A DNA stretch of 64,000 nt from Isurus oxyrinchus (GCA_026770705.1 JANJGN010000131.1:372001-436000); one strand, 5' to 3'; shown: positions 47,995-61,002, counted from the first letter of the stretch. Program-made: numbers and translations. The notes: generated by a model not told the origin, from the sequence alone.

Positions 47995-49495
47995 CAGGGT
48001 CAGGTAGTCGGGTGGCAAGTAAAGGGGTGAGGGAATAGGGTAGTTCGAGGGATATCAGGGAGTTCGAGGTTGTCGACATTTAGTGGGGGAAGGGGGCTAG
48101 ACAATTAGACGGAGGGCTGGTTAGCGGTTGGGTGTTCAGGTGCTGAGTAGGCAGCGTGGGGTGGGACTGTGAGTAGTGTTTGGGTTATCTGGAGGGTTGT
48201 CTGGGGTAGGGGGAGATTCGGGTGTTCTGGAGGGTAGTCGGGGGTTGGGAGTAATGGGAATGTGGGGGATTAGTTTGGGGATGGGTGTTGTCCCCGTCGT
48301 CTCGGCAGCAGTTAAAGTTTCAATGTATTAGTCAGGGTATGGGTAATTGGATTTTGGATGGTAGTCGGGGACCTGGGCCACACTCGGGCTGTCTGGACAG
48401 TAATTGGGGTGTCCATTTCAGAGTTGGAGATCTGAATTCTGGTTACCCAGGAGCTAGAACTGGTATTAATCCTTCTCACGTTTCCTGGGTACCTATTCTG
48501 CTATGTATGCCAGGACAATCCAACTCCTCCAAATCTAACCCAGGGTTCTGGAATGTTCCAGATGCAGTACTAATTGCCCAAAGGATGTGGAAATTCCGGA
48601 GGAAGTTGCCGGGCAGTCCTGAAGTGCGGACTTACAAGGGATCGAACACTGCATCTCTCTGGTACCTCGGGGTCAGGCCATCCACTGGTCAGATCTGGGA
48701 CATATTGAAAATACATTCTGATCTCCGTAGGGCCGCAGCCATGAGGCACCCCAAAGATGCTCTGGGAGAGGCACAACCTCCACCATCCGCCCCCGGTCCG
48801 GAAGCCCCCATATGAGGGCTGCATGTGTATTGACCGGAAAATTCAAACTTCTGAAGAACATCACAAACCATCCGACACGTGGATTTAAATGAAAAACTTC
48901 AGTTCATTATGCCTGTCCCGACAGAATAGTTTCCCAGGAGGAGTGAGAAGAACGAAAATCGCTTCTAACTCCTGGGTCACGATAGAAATGAGAACCCCGA
49001 CCCCCCACTGGAAACCTCAAATATATCTCCCACCTCCCCGACTGCTGAAGCTCCCCCGCCTATCCTCTCAACCCGCCCCCGACTACGCCCCATTACCTTC
49101 CCCAACCCCTGACAACCCTCCCGCCCCCAGGCTGTCTTCCCAACAATCGACAATCCACAAGAACCCGACTGCACCCTCACCCAGTTAGGACCCAACCAAC
49201 CTCGCGAATACTCCTGATAACCTGCCAAACACCCTCCCAACACATCGAGTACTCGCCAAGCATGACATCGACAATCTCCCCCGATTCCCCAAACACCCTG
49301 CAGACCCCTCATTACCCCATACGCCTTCCAGCCGCCCCCTGTACAGCCCAGGGTATCACTCTAACACCTCGACAACCATCCCAACCACGCCGAATTCTCT
49401 CCTGGTATCCAAATGTAACAACCCTGGACACACCCGATGATTCCAACACTGCCCCCCACCCTCTCCCCCAGCGGCCAATCACCTCCATCCCCAAT
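47995..49495. repeat. Imperfect foldback: G-rich left arm, C-rich right arm, inner inverted repeat
   Basis: The reverse complement of 48441-48500 'cagaataggtacccaggaaacgtgagaaggattaataccagttctagctcctgggtaacc' matches 48921-48980 'cagaatagtttcccaggaggagtgagaagaacgaaaatcgcttctaactcctgggtcac'. Confidence 0.75.
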
Positions 49496-51477
49496 CCTGG
49501 AAAATTGGATTCTGGATGTCTGATATCTAATAGCAGTAGTTTTCCTCATCCATGTTTGATTTGATGTTCTCTGATGCCATGAGACTTGATGGATTCCACA
49601 GCAGATGTTGAGAACTCCCAAGGCCCTCCTTCCAGAATATACACCACTGTACTGGTATCACCGAAGGTTCTAGCCTGTTGGGTTATGTTGCTTCCCAACT
49701 CGATTTATTTCCAATTAAAGCATTCCAAATCATATTTTTTACAGTAAATTCCATACCCCATGCGCCTGGCATTCCAGCTGTCTTTCCTGAATTATGTCAA
49801 CTAGCCTGCACACAGTTTTCTCCATATCCATGTCTTGCGCTATCAGCAAAGCTTAGATTTTTACCCTTTGTTCCCGTGTCCATATGACTAACAGATATCA
49901 CAAATGATAATTGACACCGATACTTGTGGGACACTGTGTTAACTTGCTTCACGATGCAAAACCATTGGGACCCACGAATACCATCCAGTCTATTACTTCA
50001 GAGAAAAGATCAGTCAAGTTTGTCTATTTTGCCTTATTACAAATCCATGTTAGCTGTCGGTTATTAACCGAAAATCTTCAAATTCACCATTAAAATTGCC
50101 CCGATTCTGCTCACTGGACGTTCACCTGGCGGCAATGTTAGGCTGACTGATTGTAATGCAGCAATGATTTTCACACAGGATAGGAAATGTCTCTGGTGAA
50201 TTTGCATGGGGGCTTCTAGATTGTCACGTGACATTCAATGTCAACATGCTTCATTAACATTCAACATCATAACGTGAGTAAAGTGCAACTTTTAAAGATA
50301 TTGTAAGATATCATGAGGGTAATGTTTCCTGTTGAATAGGTTTTAAAAAATATAGTTTGTAACGGAGAACATGAAAAAAATAACGACTGATCTTATTGGG
50401 AATTACAATGGATTAATTGATGCAACAGAAATAACGAGACAACCCGACTAATAAATTCGTCAAATTCTTTCTGTACCTGCCTTTTGAAAGACGAATGTGC
50501 TCCTGAGCAGTGTCAGTGTCATCCAGCATCCGCCCAAAATGAAAACGAATGGAACGTCTCGCCAATCAGCCCAAATTGCCGAGTTGTAGGCCCCTACTGC
50601 ATTACAAAGCAACACTGCTGCACCAACATCCTGTTATTCTCTGGAATCCATTAAGTGTCAACTAAACTCGCTTGCATTTCACGCTATGCACACCCCAAAA
50701 TCCTGCCCACCAGATCATTGATAAATGGTTCTATTGAGTATTGTCAGAAGATAGAGTGAGATTGTTAATATTGGTTCATACAATGCAATGGCAACTCTTG
50801 CCGCTGTCAAGGAGCATTAAAGAGTCTGGCTCCATTTCAACAGATTGCATTTGCCAGAGCTTCGTCTCTTCATAGCTGACACTGCATTTCAGCTGTAACG
50901 TTGCTGGTCCAGAGGCATCGCTGGCCCCGTGGACACATCATCAGATCTGCTGCCTCTCCTTACAGGCTGCAGAACAGTCATCTGGGAAATCCAGAAACCA
51001 ACCACAAGGCCTCCAAAAACAAGCCTTAATAACACCAAATAGTTTGTGACTGGAGAACTCCTCCAAATTAAATTCCATGATATTAAGGTACCAAGCCCAT
51101 TGTGAAACACTGGTGGAGTGTCAGTTTTGCAGAACTGGAGCTTCTGTTTGCCGAATGATGTATTAATGCGTTTTCTAGTCCACATTCGGTATACTGCCAT
51201 CACTTCAGTCGTCAGGATGTGTGACTTCAGTGTAACATCGATTCACCTCTTTCAGGCAAATACGGGGCATACTCCCACAGGCCTCTTTCACAAATGGAAT
51301 TCTGGGTCATGGTAGAGGGTGCCTCAGCAAACCACAGCTAAACCTCGGTACCACTGCTGCAACTAAGTTCGTGCCCCGAATATTGAAGCTATCCACTGAC
51401 ATTTTAGTTGATCACGTCTGGGCCTGTTGTCGAATAACTGTAAATATAAATTGGTAGGACCAGCTAACTACTGATGG

Positions 51478-51762
51478 GAGGTGATGGCGTAGCAGCATTA
51501 TGACCAGGTTAACATTGCTTAAGGCCCAACCTAATTCTCTGGGGACCTATATTCACATCCCACCGTGGAAGGTTGGGCAATTTGAATTCAATAAAAATCT
51601 TTAATTAAGCGTCTGATGATGATCATGAAACCATTGCTAATTGCTGTAAAAGCTCATTTGGTTTAATTATTTCCTGCAGGAAAGAGCATCTGCTGTCTGG
51701 CCTCTACGTGACTCTTAAATGCTCTCTGAACAAGAGCATTTAGCGATTGAACGAATAAAAAA
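51478..51762 (+). mobile_element. tRNA-derived SINE, decayed
   Basis: 'ggtgatggcgtagcag' A-box-like, 'attcacatcccacc' B-box-like and the core 'gatcatgaaaccattgctaattgctgtaaaagctcat'. Confidence 0.65.
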
Positions 51763-52473
51763 ATCCCTTCTACCTTTATCAACGTGGCTAACAGGACAGC
51801 TGGAAACGAAATCGGCTGAAGATTTATAAATGATAAATGAAGATAACGTTCTTATGCAGTTTTATAACTTTTTAAAAAATGATTTTGTTGGTCATTTTTG
51901 GGACCCCTTTAGAGATGGGATTCTTCCCAATTGGCCAACGGAAAGTGCAGAAGATGAATTGATGGTGTTTTGCCATCGCAATCCCACAGTCCGCTGTTTG
52001 TATATTTAGGGGCTCAGGTGTTTGCTGTAAAGCAGTGCTTGGTCAGTGAAGAACAATTCCTGAGGATAGTATGTGCATCCATTTCGAAGCGTATCCAACA
52101 ATCAAGATCAGAATCATTACTGGGGTGGGACGCGGGGAGATTGTAGCTGCTTTATCCACATTTCATGTTGGAATGTGTAAGAAATCAGAGATACGACACT
52201 TAGCCATCCACATGAACGTAGAGATACTACGAGGACTACATGGACCCTGGATTCTGATTGGAATAAGACAGACCACAGAAAATATGGGGAAGAGAACATT
52301 TAACTACCAGAGAACAGATACTGACACTTAATTGTGCTCGGATGTATTGCGCCTTTAACAGTCTTATTTTCAAACTGAGTGACTGTGAACTAGAATGGAA
52401 AACGATACGTGGCATCGACAAGAAGGGGCAAGGATGGAATCTTGTGTACAGTTGAAGTTGGATTCTGCTGTCC

Positions 52474-55400
52474 TTATCGTCCAAATAATTTAACAATTTC
52501 AAGTAGTGGATATTTCACCCCATTCTTTAACACCTCTCTGAATTTACTCTGGTCCCTGCATAAATAAACAGGTTTGCGCAGGAACTCAAAAACTGAAGCA
52601 TGTATGCTTTTTCCTCAAGAATGAATGTTGAAAGATTGATTTCCGAGCTTGATAAGTATTTAACATTTCCAATTTGCACATAGAGGAAAGTTATAAAAAG
52701 TAACAAATATAACAGGATGAAACTTCCCGATATACAGAAGAGTAAAATGATGGACTTTTTCCGCTTCTCCATCTCAGGGTCACGCTGATTGTCTCCATTT
52801 CTCCGGGTCTGGAGTCTCCTGCGAGCTCTACTGGCTGCGAGAATGTGTCTGACTGTCAGTACATTGGGCAGTAAAATCAGAATGAATGGGAGACAAGGGG
52901 TTAAAATGTGATGAATGCAGTCATAGGCGATCCATGCAAGTGAGGTATAAAATATCACTTTTACATCGCAGAACCAGGGCACATTGTCAACTATGTACAA
53001 AGATTCGTATATAAAATACTGGAAGGTGTTTTTGACACAGCTGATTGCGCAGATTGTCCCTATAACTCGTGCCGCCGTTTTTTTGGAACAACATTTTACT
53101 TTCAGCTTCTAGCAACAAATGGCCACAAATCGATCAAAGGTGAAAGCTGTAGTTAACCAGGCAGAGCTGTCTATGGCTGAATATATTAGGGCTTCACGGA
53201 GACTGCATACTGGTGTGATTGACAGGAAACTGAGTGGGAAATAAATAGCAGCAATCCGGTTCAATATCACAGCGGTTATAATGAGCAGGGGATCTGACAC
53301 CGCCAGGGATTGTAAATAATAGGTTATACAGGTGGAGATACCGCATTTCACTCGAGAAAGGATCACAATCACCGCCAGGTTAGCTGCAATAAAGAGAGAG
53401 AGAGAAAGAGAGAAGTTGGAAAGAGACTGAGTTTGTGTGTGTGTGAGTTTGGGATAGAACGAATACAGGAAGGTTACTGCTCAAACTATAAACAAATCAA
53501 CAATTGTATAGGATTCTGCATGAATTTGTACATTTGAGATGTGTTCCCCAGTTGCACAATTGCAATGGGCAAGTGTTTCAGCTTTGTAAATTGAAATCTT
53601 AATTCAATATAGGGCAGGTCAAAGTTATATGAATGTCAAATATTTTAATAAAAACTAATGGAGAACAAAAGACATCGTTAACACTAAGAAACCAACCTAG
53701 AAGTTTTGTATAAGCAAGAAGAAAGTGTAAGCATCTGCAAGGCATTGCAGGAAATAATGACGAAGGTAAGTAACAAAACAAGCAACAAGAAGTGTGGAAA
53801 TTAACAAGGGCGTGGATTATATCTCACTGAAGATCAATATAGTTCCTTTCCTATATAATAATTGGCAATAATTATTGAAAATTATTCGTTGTTGTGAACT
53901 TTGGGAATTAAACCTGCTCAAAAATATCGACATAAAGCGAGGAGTAAAGGGGCAATGAATGAGTTCTGATCTTCCAGACAGGGCGTTTGCCTGCATGTGA
54001 AGATACATCCTAGCTCCTCACATATAGTCAACTGGAAGATTGGTGTCGATCTGAACCTTTGGAAATGGCGGAAGCCGAAGTCTCCTTCCGAGTGAGGTCC
54101 CTCTTGCAATGCAGCACTGACTCCGTACTGCACTGCACTGTCGGGATCAACTATCAACGTTGTCCTGTAATGGATATTTCAAATCAAAACATTGCGCCTG
54201 GGCTGTGAAAGATGCAGCCAAGTAGGCAGCCTCATTCAATATGGACAAACAGCCGAGACGGGAAAATGTGGGACATTGCTCGGTGATATCAGCAGAAGGA
54301 AATTCCGGCGTCATCAGTGGTCAAGTCGAAGCATCAGCAGCAGTTGAAGAACCAATTAGTGTTGGAGACTGAGAGCAGAAACACACCTCTGTGATCGTGG
54401 TGCTAATATAGAATATTCATCAAAAGTCTATTATTACATTGTTCATACATCTGTCAAAAACCGGGTGCTCATGATGTCCTTCCATCAAATTCATTGGGGG
54501 AATATTGAATGTTACATTGCTCTCTATCAATGAAACATTCGTGAGAATTGTTCGATCATTGTCATTGTGAACAACACAACAGATTTACATTTGCACCGTG
54601 AAAACAGTGTGATAGCTCATCCACAGTTCGACTGTCAGTAACAGAAGATGATCCATTTCACAGTGTGTTTAAAGTGTGATAGCATAACCACAGTTCGACT
54701 GTCAGTAACAGAACACGAACATATTCATACTGTGATTAAAGTGTGATCACTCAACCACAGTTAGACTGTCAGTAACAGAAGGTGATCACATTCACACCGT
54801 GATTACAATGTGATAATTCACCTTCAGTAACGATACCGGAAACACAATGGAAAAACATTTAGACTGTAATGTCACTGTTAAAATACACCTGCAGTAACAG
54901 AAGACAATTACACTTGCACCGTGATTACAATGTGATAATTCACCTTCAGTAACGATACCGGAAACACAATGGAAAAACATTTAGACTGTAATGTCACTGT
55001 TAAAATACACCTGCACTAACAGAAGACAATTACACTTGCACCATGATTACAATGTGATAATTCTCCTTCAGCAACAATGCCAGTAACAGAATGGAAAGGC
55101 AATTGCACTGTGATAACAGTGTGAAAATACACCAGTACTAAATTGTGCAAAACACCGTTGAAGACGGTAATATAATACCACTTACAACAAAAAATTACAC
55201 CCTTATAAGGGGGATGTTATACCGCTAACAACGAGAAATTTCACCCAGAACAGGGTAATATTTTTCCATTAACAGCGAGAAATTGCACACTTTGCAGGGT
55301 GATATGATAGCACTTAAATTGTGAAATTTTGTTTTTAACTAGGTTATATTATGCCACTAACAGCGAAGAATTGCACCTTTCATAGCATATTATTAAGCCA

Positions 55401-55735
55401 TTAGCGGCGAGAATTTTAGGCAAAGGGAACAACTTATATTGTCAAAATTGAGACATTATACCTATAAAGTGGGTAAAATGTTCTTTTAGAGGGGTAAAAT
55501 ATACTTGTTAAAAGAGGGAAATTGCTCCATTAATGGGGAGAATTGTACAGATAAAGGGCGAAATGGGAGAATGGGTATAACGTTATGGATATACAATGCT
55601 TTTAAAAGGTAGAATTCCTGCAGATAACCGATTTCCGTATCAAAATACTAATTACAATACTTTACCTGGAACCCCGAGAGCTGCAAGGGCTGGATAATAA
55701 ATGGCAGACAGAAGGTCTTTTGGTGATCCATGCAT
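52474..55735 (-). pseudogene. GPR139-like GPCR pseudogene (locus 4): exon 1 55735-55666, exon 2 53383-~52474
   Basis: The 70-nt exon 1 encodes MHGSPKDLLSAIYYPALAALGVP with a GTAAAGT donor; acceptor TTGCAG. TAG at 53109-53111 directly follows DRFVAICC, and the same frame continues through TM4-TM7. A 1-nt deletion after IYAGT shifts the tail. Confidence 0.92.
54590..55130. repeat. Intronic tandem repeat: 67-bp units changing to 122-bp units
   Basis: 'ccacagtt(c/a)gactgtcagtaacagaa' at 54621, 54688 and 54755; 'gattacaatgtgataatt' at 54801, 54923 and 55045. Confidence 0.92.
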
Positions 55736-55782
55736 TTTCAACAAATGTTCTGAACGCCTTCTGCACATCACTGAAAGATTGT

Positions 55783-55885
55783 CACATTTATAACTGATGT
55801 GAAGCGCCAGGGAGTTAATTAGATGGTTTGATCTCTTGCATTAAATGCATTAATTTTAAATAAAAACAGTTCAGCCCAGCTGCTT
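55783..55885 (-). promoter_or_regulatory. Conserved promoter of locus 4: E-box, TAAT sites, HD plus O/E-like composite, TATA box
   Basis: Minus strand: CAGCTG 55882-55877, CTAATTA 55822-55816, TCCCTGGCG 55813-55805 (-78) and TATAAAT 55792-55786 (-57). Confidence 0.7.
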
Positions 55886-56619
55886 CAGGACTGACGTTTA
55901 TGTTTTGGGAGAATAAAAAGTTTTTTTTTCAATGGAGTTGACACCCAGAGATTGCAGCATGATCACAATTTATTTTCTCATAAAAAGATACCAGCCTGGA
56001 TTTTGTGGTCAGGGGTGAATGAGAGGGCTTTGGCCCTGATTGCTCTGGAGAATCCCAATTTGACTGGTTCACTGGCTGCCGCCAGAATTTAAGCCTTTGG
56101 CTGGTGCATGGCCCATGGACAAAATGATCTGTGAAATGTAGCATCGGGGTGACTTCTGACGATGGCCGCCCCTCCTGACGTCACGAGCCTGATACAAGTT
56201 CCCTGCGGTCCCTTTTCAGGCCAAAGGCAGATGGGTGTTTTGTTATGATTTAAAACACTTCTACAGACTTTAAAAATTTTCAAATTTTTCTAACACTTTC
56301 ATATATTTGAAAAGCCCTTTACACACTAAGTGAGTGCTGCACAAGTGAATGCACGCTGTGGTAGAAAATGTTCCGATGCAAGAATTTTCAAACAGGACAG
56401 GAAATGTGACACAGGCTGCAGGATTGTCATGTGATATTCGATGTTCACATGCTTGTCTAATGTTATAAGTTACAACGCGAGTTTTTAAAGCAGCCTCAAG
56501 ATAATTGTACACTTACTGCTTTGGAAATTATGCACTGCATCACCTTACTGCAATTCTCTCATAAATTCGGCCACGCTGCCTCTGGCTTTTCGTTTCATAG
56601 ACTTCCGTTTTCAACAGGA

Positions 56620-57210
56620 TCAAGGAAGTGCAGGACTGGATGCTAAATATTTCTCTGTAAAAGGTATGCAGTAAAGATTGTGCAGGAAGAAAAGGACGGG
56701 GGTGACGGTATTGTTTAAGGAGAGCATTGCAGTGCTGCAGAAAGAGGATGTCCCAGAAGGTTGAAGGACGGAATCAATTTGGCGAGAGCTAAGGGGGAAA
56801 AAATGTGCCATTAAGTGCGAGGTGTTGCCTACCGTCCACCTGCCAGTAGGAAGGATGTAATGGAACAACTCTGCAGGGTAAACACAGAGGTCCAATCATG
56901 AAAGAATAGTAATAATGGGGGACTTTAATTACCGGAATATAGACTGGGATACTCGCAGTTTAAAGGACAGAGAAGGGCAAGAGCTCCTCGATTGTGTTCA
57001 GGAGAATGTTGTATAGCAGTATGTGTCCGGTACAACAAGAAAGGAGGCACTGCTCGACCTGGCTCTTGCAAATGAGGTTAGACAGGTAGATCAAGTGTCA
57101 GTGGGGAACATCAAGGAGGAAGCGATCATTGTCTCATAAGGTGCAGGGTGACGGTCGAAAAGCATCTTGGAATATCCAGAGTAAGAATAATGAACTGATG
57201 CACAGCCGAC
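56620..57210 (+). mobile_element. CR1-like LINE ORF2 AP-endonuclease fragment
   Basis: 'ataatgggggactttaattaccggaatatagactgg' (IMGDFNYRNIDW), 'taccgtccacc' (YRPP), 'gaggcactgctcgacctg' (EALLDL) and 'agcgatcat' (SDH). Confidence 0.85.
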
Positions 57211-57639
57211 TTTTATGGAACAAGAACCAATCACGGTGCAGTGACGTGTTGGAAAAATTGTGACATCATTCGCTGCAGGACCAATCGACGAAGGCCATGT
57301 TATTGTGAAGTCATACCCTGCTTGTGCCTGCTGTTAATTAAAAAGAGCATTTCAATTGAATGAAAAGATGACTTCCGTTCTCAGTAAAATAGCCACTCAA
57401 TTTCAACACTCATTGAACTGTAACATATATCGACTGTAATTGGCAATTTCCCGCACTGATTCAGCAGCGAGTGATCACAGGCCGTCCACAGCCCCCGCTC
57501 AATGGGGAGGTTTGTTCCGCCTGTGACCCCTGACTGAGGACTGTGGGCCCGTGGGAGTGAGTTCTTGGCATCTTATTGGGGCCGTGCGTCCATTGAGTGT
57601 TTCCGAGACTGGGAAAGGACAGAGAAACACAGGAGCACA

Positions 57640-60560
57640 ACGGTGGTGGCTAAAAATAAATGCAGCCAGCAGTGGAGAGATATCCTGAACGGTAAAAGCA
57701 AAATACTGCAGATGTTGGAAATCTGGAACACAGACAGAAAATGCTGGAAAAACTCAGCAGGTCTAACAGCATCTGTGGACAGAAAGGCAGAATTAACGTT
57801 TCAAATCCGTATGACTTTTCTTCAGAGAAGAAGACTCTGAAGAAGAGTCATACGGACTCGAAACATTAACTCTGTCTTTTCCTTCGCAGATGCTGTCAGA
57901 CCTGCTGAGCTTTTATTGCATTTTCTGTTGTTGTTTGAAATGTCCTGAACGGTAGTGTGGAAGAGGATGGGAGTCAGATTGGGAGAGATAAAGGGTTTAA
58001 ACATTAACTTCACCGATTAACAAACAGCATTCCGAGTCTTTAAGATGCGTCGGCAATTTTTCCCTGCCTCACTCTTCCTACATTCAACAACAAGGAACCT
58101 CGCCCGTGAACTCTGGGATTTTAGAGAAAATGTTGGAAGATATTAGGTCGTGGAGAGAACTTCTCCTGATATTCCCATGATTGGGAGGCGCTGAAGGAAC
58201 CACTGAAAAAACAATGAAGCAGATGGAACAAAACCCCGAGGGTGATAAAAGAATAAAACTGCAGATGCTGGAAATCTGAAAGAAACACAGAAAACTCTGC
58301 AGGTCTGACAGCATCTGTGGAGAGAGAAACAAAGCTATAACGTTTCATCAGACAGACTCGAAACGTCAACTCTATTCCTTCTTGCACAGGTCCTGTCCGC
58401 CTGCTGAGGTTTAGCAGCATTTTCTGTGTTTACGTAACCGTGGGGTGATGTTCATTTAGTTCAGGGAGATTGTATCAGAAGGAATGGAGCAGGCAGAGAG
58501 GATCCCTGGGGTTATGCTCAGTGAGAACAGGGAGATGATATCAGGGGGAATGAGCTGATCAGGGAAACAGTTCACAATTGAAGGAAAAGGGAGAATGACA
58601 GGGCTAATGGATTTAAAAGAAAAGTTGGAAGTGGACTTTCAGTGTGTATTTACCGGAATGTGGACCGTATATATTCTTAACAGAAAGGCACTGGTTTGGG
58701 TGGGGTGCGAGTAATGCCTGTTTGTGTATTTAAGAAATACTTCGAAGCCAGTGTCTCAGTATTCGATAGGCCCCTGGATCAAGGAACAAGCCCCATGTTT
58801 ATGTTTACTTGTTGCATCACGTGGAACCCCGTCTTTGGGCATTTTCGCGGTTTTGTCCCCCTGGTATGTGCAATAGACCTAAAGCTCTGTAATAATTTAC
58901 AGGATTTTCACTCGATCATATATCAGTGCCAGACACGTTCGAGTCTCTGGAATCGCCCCTTGGTTAATGCTCCCAATTATGCCTGTGTTATATATCTAGC
59001 CAGCGGCACCCCTGCCTTCAAAGTGTTTAATTGGACAATGCAGAGGGATCTTAACCCTGTTATGACCCTGGCTGTACCAACCGTGGGAGTGTTGGCTAGG
59101 GCAGTGTAAAGGAAGTTTTCTGATCCAACATCCTGTCATGCGTCAGCCTCTGAAGAAGCCGAACGCAACTATATAAAATTAACTGACATGTGACTGTGAC
59201 TGCCCAGAGTATGAGTCAAATCACCGAGGTGGCCCTCCCTGTTCAATCATTCCGCCTCAGGCAATTGCCAGAAACAGGCAGAGGTAAAGGTCCCTTTGCA
59301 CGGAAGGGGCTATGGGTGGCCCATTGGGGCCTTCTGGGCAAATAGATCCCAGACAGGACTGGTGAAATAGGGAGAAATGTGTAATAGGGAAAATGGTGGA
59401 GTGTCGATGGACTGCAGAAAAAGGAATTCAGCAAAGCCATAGTTAGTTCACTTTTCATTCCACATTCATTAGCAATTTCAGAGAATATTTTACATGAAAG
59501 TTTAATTTATGGTTAACAGACGTGAATATAATGCCTGAGCGTCACATTGGGAACATGCACTCTGAGTTGGTAAACCGTATGTACCACGGAAACATAGATC
59601 AGAAAGAGAAAACAGCAGCTCAACGGAAAGGGAAGGGAACAATAGTGAAAATGGAACGAGAAAAGTTAATTAAAGACAAATGGAATTCTAAGTCCATGGA
59701 AATTAGATGCTCCAGTTTCATTACGACCATTAACACCTCGCACATTTCAAACAGAGAAACAGAAATTCTGTGGCAGGTTCGGTTACAGATCGGGAATTAC
59801 AAAGTGAGAACATTTCACTTTTACAGTGACCAAGAGAACATATTTTAAATTGGAATTAAAGGAAAAGCTACGGGGTCCGAAATTCAACCGATCACTTGAT
59901 CTGTAAAAGAGGGAGAATATAATGAAGCAGATGTTTATGATCTGGTGCATTTATGTTATAGATCTTAATCGTTGAAACATTAAGAAAGTTTTCAAACCGC
60001 TTCTGTCAGATTGTCCTGTTAGTAAATTCAATTTTCTCACATTCACCAGAGTGACGGCAGTTCTGTAGAAAATGCTCAGGACGAACAGGGCAATGGATGT
60101 GGAAGCTGTTCTGCAGACGTTCCCGTGATCGTCCTCATTGTCTTCAATCCACATGCGTTCTGTGGAATCTACAGGAATGTAACCGAGGAAATTTAATTAC
60201 ATTGTTAGAATCCGAGGGCATCTTACTTTTTAAAATATATATTAAATCTATTGTATTTCCCTCAAACTATTGATTTGTCTTCTCATTAAATTTTCAGTGC
60301 ATATCTGGTAATAAATTGGCGACTCTCAGCAATCTCTGCCTGTCACTAACCCCACAGCTGTTCTCACTTTACTTTCCTCATCCTGCCCGTATTGGAAAAA
60401 AGTGTCTTTTCCCCCTTCGGTACCAGTTCATTTTGGATCAATTTCGTGCGGCCTATCATTGGATTATATTATGCAGTTAATTGCAGGACGTTTAATAATT
60501 GATAACAATTATTTTAATAGTAGGTACTGATCGCTATTAATTCTGAGATTCTGAACTCTG
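57640..60560 (+). repeat. Copy B of the unidentified low-copy repeat, including both nested palindromic mini-elements
   Basis: Colinear with 5020-7580, including insertions at about 57693-57935 and 58245-58430. Confidence 0.9.
57790..57872. ncRNA. Pair of inverted minimal hammerhead ribozyme-like motifs (decayed)
   Basis: Plus strand 57837-57867 CTGAAGA-A-GAGTC-ATACG-GACTC-GAAAC-ATT; minus strand CTGAAGA-A-AAGTC-ATACG-GATTT-GAAAC-GTT. Confidence 0.6.
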
Positions 60561-61002
60561 TAAATTTTCAACTTGTTTGTTTATTTGTGATAGTAATGTA
60601 TGGCACATAGTTAACTTAAATCAGTTTATAATTCAGAACATTGCTTCCTTGTGTTTCCTGGGTCTTTATGTGCTCCCAGAAATTATTGGAAGATGTGCCG
60701 GCTAAAAAAGGACACTTGAAATAGACTTTCGTCTGGCATTTGTTTTTTTAAAAGCATATATTTGCGTATAGCGTGCAGGAGTGTCTCGTGCTCTGCATTT
60801 AACTGTGTTTGTGTGCCATGTTGTATGAATGCTGATGTGTGTGTTGATGTGGAATGAATGTTGATATGCTTATTTATGTGTGGCGCACCTGTGTATGTTT
60901 GTTTGTTCATTTGTAAATGTTTGTGTATCAGTGTGCCTGTTTATGCGTTGATGTTTATGTTCACTTATTAATGCCTGTGTCAAAGAGTTTGTTTACGTCC
61001 AT

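Noticed and set aside
48285-48815. 176-aa ORF
   Set aside because: It lies in a GC-rich foldback repeat, has no recognisable domain or splice structure and most likely arises from base composition.
54655-54700. CACAGTG heptamer suggesting a V(D)J recombination signal
   Set aside because: No nonamer at 12 or 23 bp spacing and no Ig/TCR segments; it is part of the tandem repeat.
54590-55130. Regularly spaced repeats resembling a CRISPR array
   Set aside because: The intervening sequences are themselves repeated rather than unique spacers, the context is a eukaryotic intron and there are no cas genes.
58620-58700. Minus-strand peptide LSVKNIYGPHSGKYTLKVHF resembling an Ig-domain D-x-G-x-Y motif
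   Set aside because: Not conserved in copy A (LSVQHIHGPYSSKHRPTLHF), and the differences fall mostly on first codon positions in that frame.
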